A DNA stretch of 64,000 bases from an uncultured Actinomycetes bacterium (GCA_903873715.1 CAIQPS010000168.1:3939-67938); one strand, 5' to 3'. Positions 8,426 through 17,291 are shown, numbered from the stretch's first letter. The notes: a model not told the origin generated them from the letters alone. Program-made: numbers and translations.

Positions 8426-10297
8426 ATGACAGAACCCCAGGACACGGACCTTCCTGCGGCACTCTCGCCGGGCGAGCCGCCGCTCCGCGCAGCGGCGGTG
8501 GTGCTCGCCGCGGGCTTCTCCTCCCGCATGGGCAGCCTCAAGCCGCTGCTTCCCCTTGGAGCGGCGACGGCACTGGAGCGGGTGGTGGGGTCTTTGCGCG
8601 AGGCCGGCATCCGAGACATCGTGGTGGTCACAGGCCACCAGGCAGAGTCGGTCACCCCGCTGATCGAACGCCTCGGCGCGATGCGCGCGCACAACGCGGG
8701 CTACGAGGCGGGGATGTTCTCGTCGGTGCGGACCGGAGTGGCCGCGCTGCCGGCGGATATGGCCGCCTTCTTCGTCCTGCCCGTCGATTGCCCCCTCGTC
8801 ACTCCCCAGGCGCTGCGCTCGGTGCTCGACCGCTTCGCAGCCGGCGATGCCGAAGTGGTGTATCCCACCTGTCTCGGCCGCCGCGGCCACCCGCCGCTGC
8901 TGTCGGCGCGGTACGCGGCCCCACTTCTGGCCGCCGATCCCGGCGGCAACCTGCAGGCCTTCCTCGCCACGAAGGGTGGCCGTGAGGCGGAGGCCGACGT
9001 GCGAGACCTCACCGTCCTCCTCGACATGGACACGCCGGAGGCCTACCAGGCCCTCGCCCACTTCGCCGGCGCCCTCGACGCTGCGCGGGACCGGGCGGCC
9101 GGAGGCTCGGGCACCGAGCCCTCCCTCACCGCCGACGATGCGCTCTTCCTGCTGGCCGCCGCCGAGACTCCCCGGAACGTGGTGCGGCACTGCCGGACCG
9201 CGGCCGCGGTCGGGGAAGCGGTCGCCGAAGCCTTGAAGGCGCACCTGCCCGCCCTCGACGTGGACCTCGTCCGCGCGGGCTGCCTGCTGCACGACATCGC
9301 CAGGCTCCTGCCCCATCACGCCCGCTTGGCCGCCGAGATCCTTGCCGACCTTGGTCTGCCCCGCCTTGCGCAGGTGGTGGGGGAGCACATGGTCATCGAC
9401 CCGGCGCTGCCGAAAGGCCCGGGCATCACCGAGGCCGAACTCGTCTACCTCGCCGACAAGACCGTCACCGAGGGCGAGGTCGTCGGGCTGGCCGAAAGGC
9501 AGGCCCGGACCATCCGCAAGATGAGACCGGATGCGCAGACGGCGGGCCACATCGGCGAGCGCATCGCCGAGGCCCGCACCATCGCCGGCAAGGTGTCGGC
9601 GGTCCTGGGGCGGCCGGTGGACGACCTGCTGGCCGAAGTCCGCCTCCCCCCGGAAGCGGTGCCGGCCACCATGCGCGTCTACCTGGTGAGGCACGCCCGT
9701 CCGGAAGGCCCCGAGGGCCGCCGGTTCCACGGGCAGGCGGACTCCATCCTCGGCGGCCCGGGCGAGCAGCAGGCCCACACCCTGGCCGGCAGGCTCATGG
9801 GGCTCACAGGCGGCGCCTGCTTCGACGCCATCTACTCCAGCGACCTCGCCCGGGCGCGCCGCACCGCGGAGATCGTCTCCGGTGACTGTGGGGGCCGGGT
9901 GCACGCGGAGCCCTGGCTGCGCGAGATCGACGCGGGCCTCTGGGAAGGCCTCACCTGGGACGAGGCTCGGGCGCTGACACCGGCCGAGCATGCGGCCAGG
10001 GAGGCGGACCTCGTGGGAACGCCGTTCCCCGGCGGGGAGAGCTTCAAGGACCTCCGAGACCGCGTGGTCCCCGGGTTCGAGGCGCTTCTGGCGGACGCGC
10101 TGTCGGCTGGCCACCGGCGGGTGCTGATCGTTGGGCACAAGGGAGTCAACAGGGTGCTCCTGGCCCACGTCCAGGGCCTCCCCCTAGCGGACGTGTTCGC
10201 GATCGAGCAGGACTATTGCGCGGTCACGCTCTTGAAGGTGGAGCGAACGGGAGACGGCGTAGGCGGACGCGGGCGCATCACGGTGCGCGGCTGCTGA
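8426..10297 (+). CDS. three-domain fusion: MocA/MobA-like nucleotidyltransferase + HD domain + histidine phosphatase (PGAM-like)
   Basis: N-terminal AAVVLAAGFSSRMGSLKPLLPLG ... VLPVDCPLV is MobA/MocA-like. The middle has LLHDIARL ... GEHM, HD-like. The C-terminal RVYLVRHARPEG ... LREIDAGLWEG ... IVGHKG is a histidine phosphatase. Single 623-aa frame with no internal stops. Confidence 0.75.
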   Translation: MTEPQDTDLPAALSPGEPPLRAAAVVLAAGFSSRMGSLKPLLPLGAATALERVVGSLREAGIRDIVVVTGHQAESVTPLIERLGAMRAHNAGYEAGMFSSVRTGVAALPADMAAFFVLPVDCPLVTPQALRSVLDRFAAGDAEVVYPTCLGRRGHPPLLSARYAAPLLAADPGGNLQAFLATKGGREAEADVRDLTVLLDMDTPEAYQALAHFAGALDAARDRAAGGSGTEPSLTADDALFLLAAAETPRNVVRHCRTAAAVGEAVAEALKAHLPALDVDLVRAGCLLHDIARLLPHHARLAAEILADLGLPRLAQVVGEHMVIDPALPKGPGITEAELVYLADKTVTEGEVVGLAERQARTIRKMRPDAQTAGHIGERIAEARTIAGKVSAVLGRPVDDLLAEVRLPPEAVPATMRVYLVRHARPEGPEGRRFHGQADSILGGPGEQQAHTLAGRLMGLTGGACFDAIYSSDLARARRTAEIVSGDCGGRVHAEPWLREIDAGLWEGLTWDEARALTPAEHAAREADLVGTPFPGGESFKDLRDRVVPGFEALLADALSAGHRRVLIVGHKGVNRVLLAHVQGLPLADVFAIEQDYCAVTLLKVERTGDGVGGRGRITVRGC

Positions 10298-10305
10298 GAC
10301 GCTCC

Positions 10306-11265
10306 CTACTGCACCGCCCCGGCTATCTCGAAGAAGTCCACGTTGATGTAGGTGTCGGTCGCCGCCGTGCTCTTGAGCCCGGTCCACCTGATGGTGACCA
10401 CGTGGGTGCCCATCTTCAACTGGTCGGTGGTCCAGACCTTCTGCTGCCACACCTCTTCCTCGCTGTAGAGGTCGATGGTGACGGGGTCCTTGTCGTCCAC
10501 GATCACCCGAGCCTTGCCGTAGGCGGGCCCCTGCTTGGCGTACCAGTCGAGCCGGATTCCCTTGAAGGTCACCGTCACCGAGGACTTGGAGACCTTCGTG
10601 ATGATGAAACTCCCCCCGGATGCGTCCGGCTTCTTCACGGTGCTCCAACTGCCGGTGTAGTCGAGGTGGGAGTCGCTCTGCTGATAGTCGCCCACCAGGG
10701 CCCCGATCACCTGGATCCCGTCGATGTTGATGCTGGTGCCTTTGGACGCGGTGCGCTTCTTGCCGGTCCATTTGATCTTGACCGTATGATCGCCGAACGG
10801 GAGGATCTTCGTGTCCCAGACCATGTGGCGCCACATGACCGTCTGCGAGTAGAGGTCCACGGTATCGCTGGGAGCGTCGTCGACGCTCACCAGGGCCTTG
10901 CCGTAGACGTCGGACGTCTTTGCCAGCCACCCGCAGTAGGTTCCGACGAAGTGGAACGTCACAGTGGCGCCGGTCTTGTCGACGTATTCGAAGGCGCCGC
11001 CGGAAGCCGCGGCCGCCGAGGAGTATGTCCAACCGCCCGCGTACTTGATGCCGGGGGTGTTCTGGTCGTAGTCGACCGCGGTCCAATCGTCGACGGGCGA
11101 GGTCGATGTGGTGGATGCGGAGGCCGCCGCCTTCTTGGTGGTCTTGGTGGTGGATGCGGCCTTGGTGGTGCTTGTGGTCGGACCGGCCGGCGAACATGCG
11201 GTGGCAAGCAGCGACAGTGCGAGGATGACAGCCGCACCCATGACCACCATCTTGCCCGTGCCCAT
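10306..11265 (-). CDS. lipoprotein with two tandem carbohydrate-binding-module-like domains
   Basis: Signal plus lipobox-like LSLLATAC, then a T/A/K-rich linker. Two roughly 125-aa internal repeats follow: ...YAGGWTY..ASGGAFEY..ATVTFHFVG..GKALVSVDD..VDLYS... and ...YTGSWST..ASGGSFII..SSVTVTFKG..GKARVIVDD..IDLYS... Confidence 0.65.
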   Translation of the reverse strand: MGTGKMVVMGAAVILALSLLATACSPAGPTTSTTKAASTTKTTKKAAASASTTSTSPVDDWTAVDYDQNTPGIKYAGGWTYSSAAAASGGAFEYVDKTGATVTFHFVGTYCGWLAKTSDVYGKALVSVDDAPSDTVDLYSQTVMWRHMVWDTKILPFGDHTVKIKWTGKKRTASKGTSINIDGIQVIGALVGDYQQSDSHLDYTGSWSTVKKPDASGGSFIITKVSKSSVTVTFKGIRLDWYAKQGPAYGKARVIVDDKDPVTIDLYSEEEVWQQKVWTTDQLKMGTHVVTIRWTGLKSTAATDTYINVDFFEIAGAVQ

Positions 11266-11390
11266 ACCTCACCCCCGCCGGCCCGCGCTCGAGCGAGCGC
11301 ACGCGCCCACTATAGCGGACTGAAGCGTGGACGCAAGAGCCCTGGACCGTGGTAGATTCGGGCGAGGAAATCGATCGGAAGGGGGGCGTG

Positions 11391-12170
11391 ATGGGCCGCG
11401 TACAGGACAAGGTGGCTATCGTCACGGGAGGATCCACCGGGCTGGGCAGGGCCACAGCCGAACTGCTGGCGGCTGAGGGCGCTAAAGTGGTCATCGCCGA
11501 CGTACAGGACGGCCTGGGTTCGGCCGTCGCGCAGGATATCGCCGCCTCGGGCGGCGCGGCGCACTACTACCACATGGACGTCACCGCCGAAGCGGAGGTG
11601 GCCCAGGTCTGCGCCGACATCTTCGCCAAGTTGGGCAGCATCGACATCCTCGTGAACAACGCGGGCATCACCGGGGCCCCCAAGCCCACCCACGAGATAA
11701 CCGTCGAGGAATGGGACAAGGTGCTGAACGTCGATGCCAAAGGCGTCTTCCTGTGCACCAAGCACGCCGTCCCCTACATGAAGCAGAGCGGCGGGGGCAG
11801 CATCGTCAACATCTCCTCGGTCTACGGTATCGCCGGCGGCATGGACGTCCCGCCGCCGTTCCTCTATCACGCGGCCAAGGGCGCGGTCCGGGTGATGTCC
11901 AAGTCGGACGCCATCTGCTACGCCGCGGACAAGATCCGCGTGAACTCCATCCACCCCGGTTGGCTCTGGACCCCGATGCTGGAGAACGTGGGCAAGGATT
12001 CCACCGAGGGCCCGGAAGCGTTCCACGCCCGCATCCTCAGCCGGCTGCCTCTCGGGCACTACGGCGAGCCGCTGGACGTGGCATACGGCGTGCTCTACCT
12101 GGCGTGCGACGAGTCCAAGTTCGTCACCGGCACGGAGCTGGTGATCGACGGGGGGTATCTCGCCTGGTAG
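11391..12170 (+). CDS. short-chain dehydrogenase/reductase (SDR)
   Basis: VTGGSTGLGRA, NNAGI, YHAAK catalytic motif. ATG 11391 follows GGAAGGGGGG. Confidence 0.85.
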   Translation: MGRVQDKVAIVTGGSTGLGRATAELLAAEGAKVVIADVQDGLGSAVAQDIAASGGAAHYYHMDVTAEAEVAQVCADIFAKLGSIDILVNNAGITGAPKPTHEITVEEWDKVLNVDAKGVFLCTKHAVPYMKQSGGGSIVNISSVYGIAGGMDVPPPFLYHAAKGAVRVMSKSDAICYAADKIRVNSIHPGWLWTPMLENVGKDSTEGPEAFHARILSRLPLGHYGEPLDVAYGVLYLACDESKFVTGTELVIDGGYLAW

Positions 12171-12225
12171 ACGGGCCTCTGGGGCTTACCCCTCGCCGCC
12201 CAGTCCTCACCCGTGGCCCAAGTGG

Positions 12226-12252
12226 AAAAGCCCCGCCGCAATGGCGGGGCTT
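12226..12252 (-). terminator. intrinsic terminator after the 12285-15320 gene
   Basis: 10-bp stem AAGCCCCGCC(12228-12237)/GGCGGGGCTT(12243-12252). On the minus strand it runs into TTTTCC. Confidence 0.55.
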
Positions 12253-12284
12253 CCTAGGGAGGGAGGCCTGTAGTCGGGGGCCTA

Positions 12285-15200
12285 TCAGGCCAGAGCCATC
12301 ACCGTCTTGTCTTCGGGCGCGCTCTGTCGCGCGGTCACACGGGCTGAGCGCAGCACTTCGGGGCGGACTTTCTCCACCTGGATAAGGCAGGAGTTGGCCG
12401 CCGTCGCGTGCGACTTCTCGATCTGCATGCGGCTGGGCGTGAGGATGTTCACGCAACCGCCCCGGTCGTCGGAGTGCCCCGGGACGCCCACCGGGTCGTA
12501 CACCGCCGACGACTCGTATGAGTGGATCAGGCCCGGGCGCACCCGCTCGGTGATGACCGCGGCGCAGAAGACGCCACCGCGGTCGTTGTAGAGGCGGATT
12601 ACGTCGTGCTGCTTGATGCCCCGCTCGGCGGCGTCGGCCGGGTTGATGCGGGCGATCCAGTAGTGGTAGCCGTCGATCTCGATGCGGTGGTCGGTCACGT
12701 CGTTGAGCGCGGCGCCTTTGCCGTCGTGGTGCGTGTGGAACGAGAAGCGCGGGTGCGGCGTGATGAGCTGCAGCGGGTACTTCTCGAACAACTCCGTAGC
12801 GTGCGGGCCCTCCCACGATTCGCGCCAGGTCATGATCGGCGGGCGCTCGGGATCGTCCGGGTCGAAGCGCTTGAGGCTGCTCGACTCGAACTCCAGGCGG
12901 CCGGTCTGGGTCTGCAAGCCGCGCTTCCACTCCTCTTTGTAGTCGCCAGGCAGAGGGCTGAGTTCCGGGACGTCCTTGAGCCGGTCCTCGGCGAACCAGT
13001 TGTACGAGACGGGGTCGCGGTTCTCCTCGGGCAGTGGCGGCACCACGTAGTAGCCCTTCCGGATGAACTCCTTCCAGGAGATCACGCGCGGCAGGTCGGT
13101 GGCTTCGAAGAGGCGGCGGCACCATTCGATCTCGGTGCTGCCCTCGGAGAAGGCGTTCCCGAGGCCGAGGCGCTCCGCCAACTGCAGGAAGATCTGGAAG
13201 TCCGGCTTGGATTCCCCGAGCGGCTCGATGCACTTGTGCTGCATCACGGCCACGCGGTGGTTGCTCTGCGTGAACGCGTGCTCCGCGTACCCGCCCGGGT
13301 TGGCGAACTCACCGATGTCGAAGCGCTCGAAGTTGGTGCAGGCCGGCAGGATGACGTCTGCGAACTTGGCCTCCCCTTCGAACCAGATGGACTGGTTCAC
13401 GACGAACTCCAGGTTCTCCGAGGAGTACATGCGGGCGTAGCGGTTGGTATCCACCATCGTCCCGATGTGGGATCCGCCGAACTTGTAGTACATCTTCACC
13501 TGGGAGTGGCCCGGCGCGGGATAGCTGAATTTCCCGAACTGCGCCTCGATGGTCTTGCCGTCGTTCATGTACGCCTCGGCCTTACCCTCGAGTATAGCTT
13601 CAGGGATACGCAGCCGCGGGATGGCCTGCTTCACGGGGTTCATGCTCACGAGCTGCGGCATCCGCTGATACATGTGCAGCGAGAGGCCGGTGGCATCGAG
13701 GTCGCCGGACATGCCGCCCTCGGCGTAGCCCGGGAAGTAGAAGCGGGTGTCGAGCGGGGCGCCCTGCTGCAGGCAGCCCATGTTGATGCCCGGCTTCCCG
13801 AGGCCCTGCATGGCCATGAGATACACCATCCCCCGGGCCCAGTCGGTCCCGGTAGCGGTGCGGCAGGCGCCGCCGAAGCCGACGTAGCCGCCCGGAGCCA
13901 GGTAGGTCTTCTTGCGGCCCCACTCGCGGGCCAGCGCGCGCACGTCCTTGGCGGGCACGCCGGTCTCGGCTTCCTGCCACTCGGGCGTCTTGGCGATGCC
14001 GTCGTCCTCGCCCAGCACGTACGCCTTCCAGGCGTCGAACCCGGAGGTGCGCTCGAACACGTACTTCTTGTCGTACAGGTTCTCGGTGATCCACACGTAG
14101 GCGATGGCCAGGATCATGGCGCTGTCGGTGCCCGGTTTGGGCGCCAGCCACTTCCCGCCCAGCCAGCCGGCGGTGTGGTTGAAGTACGGGTCGATGTGGA
14201 CCATCGGGATGCCCAACTCCTTGAGCCAGCGCCGGCGGACGGTCCCTTCCTGGGCGCCATACACGCCGCTCGTGGACTCCGGGTCGCTCGACCAGAACAC
14301 CACCATCTCGGCGTTCTTGAGCAGGTCCTCGACGGTGCTGAAGGTCTCGCCGCCGCCCAGGCGGGTGCTCTGGCCCCAGTGGTGCACGGCGCCCCAATAC
14401 CACCCCTCCCAGCTGTCCGGGTTGTGGGCGATGGGCGTCCAGCCGATGGAGTTGAAGAACCGGATGCGGGCCGACAGCCAATAGCCGATGGCGCCCCAGT
14501 TCTGATGGGAACCGGAGCCGTTCATGATGGCGCCGGGGCCGTGGTCGCGCTTCACGCGCTTGATCTCAGCAGCGACGATGTCGAGGGCCTCGTCCCAGCT
14601 GATGCGCTCGTAGCCGGAGATGCCGCGGTTCTGCGGGTTGCGCTCGCCGTTGGGGTCGAAGTCCACGCGTTTCATCGGATAGAGCAGCCGGTCCGGCGAG
14701 TAGATGAGCGACTTCCAGCTGAGGGTGTGCGGGCTCACCGTCGTCTTGCTGGGCGGGGTGAACTCCTTGCCCCGGGCCTTGATGGTCCACGGCTTGGCGT
14801 CTTGCTCGTCGAACTCGATGGGGGTCACGCGTACGATCTTGCCGTCCTTCACGTAGACGAACACCGGGCCGCCGTTGGAGTTGTTGGTGTAGCGGACGGT
14901 GCCGTCCTTCATCTTGATGCCGTACTCGTTGCCGGCGGACAGCATCAGGGTCATGGTGGTGGTGAACCAGGTGACGAGATGGTCGGTGCCGGCCACCTCG
15001 AGCTGGAACGTCTTGGCGGCGGAGAGGAACTCGAGCTGGTCGCGCTTGGGCCGCAGCACGCGCGCGGCCACCGAGGCGTCCTGGAACGTCATGACCACGT
15101 CGGCGTTCGGATGGATGCCGCGCCTGGACGTGACCTTGCCGTCCTGGAAGATGTAGTAGCGGGCCTGCGAGTTGTCGCGGATCCGGACCTGGGCCACCAG

Positions 15201-15320
15201 GTTCTCCTTGGCCAGCCAATCACGCACCTGCGGGAAGCGCCGCGACTGCACGCGCAGCGCCTGAGCGAGGCCCCAGGTGGTGACCGCGAACTGGACCTTG
15301 TGGATGAGATTCGCCGCCAT
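12285..15320 (-). CDS. molybdopterin (bis-MGD) enzyme large subunit, pyrogallol transhydroxylase / resorcinol hydroxylase family, with extra ~140-aa N-terminal SCP2-like domain
   Basis: From residue ~140 on there is block-by-block similarity to what I recall of Pelobacter acidigallici AthL: GGPVFVYVKDGKIVR, FTPP, YPMKRVDFDPNGERNPQNRG, YERISWDEA, NPDSWEGW, VFWSSDPE, ILPACTNFER, HPRFSFH, YNDRG, HSYES..YDP..DRGGC. There is no N-terminal Cys cluster and no Tat signal. The ATG overlaps the stop of the small subunit (ATGA at 15320-15322). Confidence 0.85.
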   Translation of the reverse strand: MAANLIHKVQFAVTTWGLAQALRVQSRRFPQVRDWLAKENLVAQVRIRDNSQARYYIFQDGKVTSRRGIHPNADVVMTFQDASVAARVLRPKRDQLEFLSAAKTFQLEVAGTDHLVTWFTTTMTLMLSAGNEYGIKMKDGTVRYTNNSNGGPVFVYVKDGKIVRVTPIEFDEQDAKPWTIKARGKEFTPPSKTTVSPHTLSWKSLIYSPDRLLYPMKRVDFDPNGERNPQNRGISGYERISWDEALDIVAAEIKRVKRDHGPGAIMNGSGSHQNWGAIGYWLSARIRFFNSIGWTPIAHNPDSWEGWYWGAVHHWGQSTRLGGGETFSTVEDLLKNAEMVVFWSSDPESTSGVYGAQEGTVRRRWLKELGIPMVHIDPYFNHTAGWLGGKWLAPKPGTDSAMILAIAYVWITENLYDKKYVFERTSGFDAWKAYVLGEDDGIAKTPEWQEAETGVPAKDVRALAREWGRKKTYLAPGGYVGFGGACRTATGTDWARGMVYLMAMQGLGKPGINMGCLQQGAPLDTRFYFPGYAEGGMSGDLDATGLSLHMYQRMPQLVSMNPVKQAIPRLRIPEAILEGKAEAYMNDGKTIEAQFGKFSYPAPGHSQVKMYYKFGGSHIGTMVDTNRYARMYSSENLEFVVNQSIWFEGEAKFADVILPACTNFERFDIGEFANPGGYAEHAFTQSNHRVAVMQHKCIEPLGESKPDFQIFLQLAERLGLGNAFSEGSTEIEWCRRLFEATDLPRVISWKEFIRKGYYVVPPLPEENRDPVSYNWFAEDRLKDVPELSPLPGDYKEEWKRGLQTQTGRLEFESSSLKRFDPDDPERPPIMTWRESWEGPHATELFEKYPLQLITPHPRFSFHTHHDGKGAALNDVTDHRIEIDGYHYWIARINPADAAERGIKQHDVIRLYNDRGGVFCAAVITERVRPGLIHSYESSAVYDPVGVPGHSDDRGGCVNILTPSRMQIEKSHATAANSCLIQVEKVRPEVLRSARVTARQSAPEDKTVMALA

Positions 15321-16204
15321 CAGCGCTCGCCTCCTACCATGATCGTGCCGAGGTTGACGCTCTCGCCCAGCTTCACGGCGATCCGGGCGGGACCGTGGCC
15401 GTTGGAGGCCACCTCCACCACGTACTCGCCCGATCCGGACTTGAGGCCGTCGAACTTGAAGTCGCCGAAGGCGTCGGTGAGGACCGTCTGTACGGTCTCC
15501 TCGCCGGCGCCCGCCGCGCCGTCTGCGGCACTGCCGGCCGCGTGCTTGAGGGTGGCCGCCCGCCCGGAGGCACAGTCGACGATCCCGTTGTGCTCCACCG
15601 CCACGCTCCCCGCGATGAAGCAGGACTCGAAGCGGGTCAGATTCTTGTAGCCCACCGCGGTGTGTTCCGGATCGCCCGGGTGCAGCGCCTCCACCCCATC
15701 GGCCGCCGCGCGCTTCGCGAACTCGTGATCGGTCTCCCAGACGAAGGACAGCGCGCCCGGACCGCAGGCCTGCACGCAGCGTGGCTTGGTCCAGCCGCTG
15801 TCAAGGAGATGGGCGCAGAGCGTGCACTTCTGGGCGACGCCGCTCTCCTCGCTCCACGCGATCATGCCGTAGGGGCAGGCCTTGACCAGTTCCTCGCGGC
15901 CGGCCGCCTTCTCCGGGTCGATGAGGACGATGCCGTCGGCGCGCTTGCCGATGGCGCCGTCCGACCGCGGCACGCACGGCGCGTCGGCGCAGTGCGTACA
16001 CATCGTGGGCCGGTAGGTCACGTCTATGAGCGGATACTGCCCGCGTTCCCGGTAGGGGATCTCTATCCAGCGCTCGCCGAGAGGTGACTGCGACTTGGCA
16101 TAGCCCGGCCAGTCGTTGCCGGCGTGTTCGTCTTTGCAGGCCAGGAAGCAGTTGTTACACCCCTGGCACAGAGCGACGTCGATGACGAGATGTGGCTTCT
16201 TCAC
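15320..16204 (-). CDS. Fe-S small subunit of transhydroxylase-type molybdoenzyme (ferredoxin domain + C-terminal beta-sandwich)
   Basis: Cys motifs CQGCNNCFLAC, CTHCADAPC, CPYG, CTLCAH...RCVQAC. The C-terminal ~90 aa (TDAFGDFKFDGLKSGSGEYVVEV) resembles a carboxypeptidase-regulatory/Ig-like domain, as in the P. acidigallici beta subunit. GTG start with GGGAG upstream. Confidence 0.85.
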   Translation of the reverse strand: MKKPHLVIDVALCQGCNNCFLACKDEHAGNDWPGYAKSQSPLGERWIEIPYRERGQYPLIDVTYRPTMCTHCADAPCVPRSDGAIGKRADGIVLIDPEKAAGREELVKACPYGMIAWSEESGVAQKCTLCAHLLDSGWTKPRCVQACGPGALSFVWETDHEFAKRAAADGVEALHPGDPEHTAVGYKNLTRFESCFIAGSVAVEHNGIVDCASGRAATLKHAAGSAADGAAGAGEETVQTVLTDAFGDFKFDGLKSGSGEYVVEVASNGHGPARIAVKLGESVNLGTIMVGGER

Positions 16205-16221
16205 TGCGGCTCCCGAGAGCT

Positions 16222-16245
16222 AAACTACCGACCAGTAGGTAGCTT
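16222..16245. promoter_or_regulatory. 24-bp imperfect palindrome, operator candidate (site 1)
   Basis: AAACTACCGACCAGTAGGTAGCTT; 18/24 positions are self-complementary. It lies 18 bp upstream of the small-subunit start codon. Confidence 0.45.
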
Positions 16246-16284
16246 AACACGCCAGAACCGCTCTCGGAAGAGCACCGCGGCTAT

Positions 16285-16308
16285 AAACTACCGATTGGTA
16301 GGTAGTTT
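16285..16308. promoter_or_regulatory. 24-bp imperfect palindrome, operator candidate (site 2)
   Basis: AAACTACCGATTGGTAGGTAGTTT; 20/24 identical to site 1, with centre-to-centre spacing of 63 bp. Confidence 0.45.
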
Positions 16309-16384
16309 CACCGTGGCAGCCACTTGGATCGGGGCGCTGAGGGAAGAGGACTCGATTCTCCGCGGCAGCGACGGCCGCGCGGGG

Positions 16385-17260
16385 TCAGTCGCGGCCGATG
16401 AGCTCCACCGCGGCCTGGATATGCGCCGGCGAAGTGCCGCAGCACCCGCCGATGAGCCGCGCCCCGGCACGCAGACACTCCTGCATACCGTTGGCGAAGT
16501 CGGCCGGCGCCAGATCGAACACCAGGTCGCCGTCCACCATCCGCCCTTTGCCGGCGTTGGCCTGAGCGATGATCGGCAGGTCGGTGGCTTCACGCATCAT
16601 GGCGACCAGTTGCGCCATCTCGAGCGGGTCCACGCCTCCGCAGTTCGCGCCGACCACCGTGGCGCCCGCCTCGGTGAGGCCCTCGGCGCATCGTTTGGCG
16701 GTGTCCCCCATGACGGTGCGGCCCTGGTTGTCGGAGGTGTTGAACGCGATGGAGGCGATAACCGGCAGATCGCAGGCCTCACGGATGGCCCGCACGGCGC
16801 AGACCGCCTCGCGCAGGTCGAACATGGTCTCGACTATGATGCCGTCCACTCCTCCCTCGGCCAGGATCGCGGCCTGCTCCTTGAAGGCAGCGAGGGCGTC
16901 CTCCTCGGGCAGCGTTCCGTAGGGCTTCAGCATCTTGCCGGTCGAGCCCATGTCGCCGAGGACGTAGCAGGCACCAGCAGCCGCTTCCTTGGCCAAACGG
17001 ACACCGGCGAGGTTCACCTCGCGCACATCCACCGCCACGTTGTGCGACTCGATGTTGGTGCGGTTCATCGTGAGCGTGTTGGTGATGAGCAGGTCCACTC
17101 CCGCCGCGACGTACCGTTTGTGCACGGTGAGCACGGCGTCCGGGTTGGTGATCGTGTTCTGCCCGCCCATCTCCAGACCCATCTGCCCGAGCTGGGTGCC
17201 CATGGCCCCGTCGAGGAAGATGGCCGTCCTGCTGCTGTTGAGAAGATCGATGATGCTCAT
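16385..17260 (-). CDS. homocysteine S-methyltransferase domain protein (stand-alone MetH/BHMT-like Hcy-binding module)
   Basis: LDGAMGT, VVGANCG and C-terminal GGCCGTSPAHI zinc-thiolate motifs of the S-methyl_trans fold; 291 aa. Confidence 0.8.
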   Translation of the reverse strand: MSIIDLLNSSRTAIFLDGAMGTQLGQMGLEMGGQNTITNPDAVLTVHKRYVAAGVDLLITNTLTMNRTNIESHNVAVDVREVNLAGVRLAKEAAAGACYVLGDMGSTGKMLKPYGTLPEEDALAAFKEQAAILAEGGVDGIIVETMFDLREAVCAVRAIREACDLPVIASIAFNTSDNQGRTVMGDTAKRCAEGLTEAGATVVGANCGGVDPLEMAQLVAMMREATDLPIIAQANAGKGRMVDGDLVFDLAPADFANGMQECLRAGARLIGGCCGTSPAHIQAAVELIGRD

Positions 17261-17291
17261 GCCGTAAGTCTAGCAGGCGGCCGGGGACTGC

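Noticed and set aside
6788-10168. 1126-aa minus-strand ORF. Similar long ORFs occur at 613-2613(+), 12522-15650(+), 25608-27071(+), 30551-32674(+), 39448-41694(+), 43216-45687(+), 55309-58878(+) and 61572-63464(+).
   Set aside because: Their translations are R/G/A/P/H/D-rich low-complexity strings with no motifs. Each lies antisense to a gene with clear family signatures. This is the typical stop-codon-poor antisense frame of very GC-rich DNA.
14910-15320. Possibility that the SCP2-like segment is a separate small gene upstream of the molybdoenzyme large subunit.
   Set aside because: There is no stop codon between it and the catalytic domain in this frame. The only coupled start (ATGA with the small-subunit stop) is at 15320. 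An internal start at Met ~137 cannot be excluded and is listed as a refutation test.
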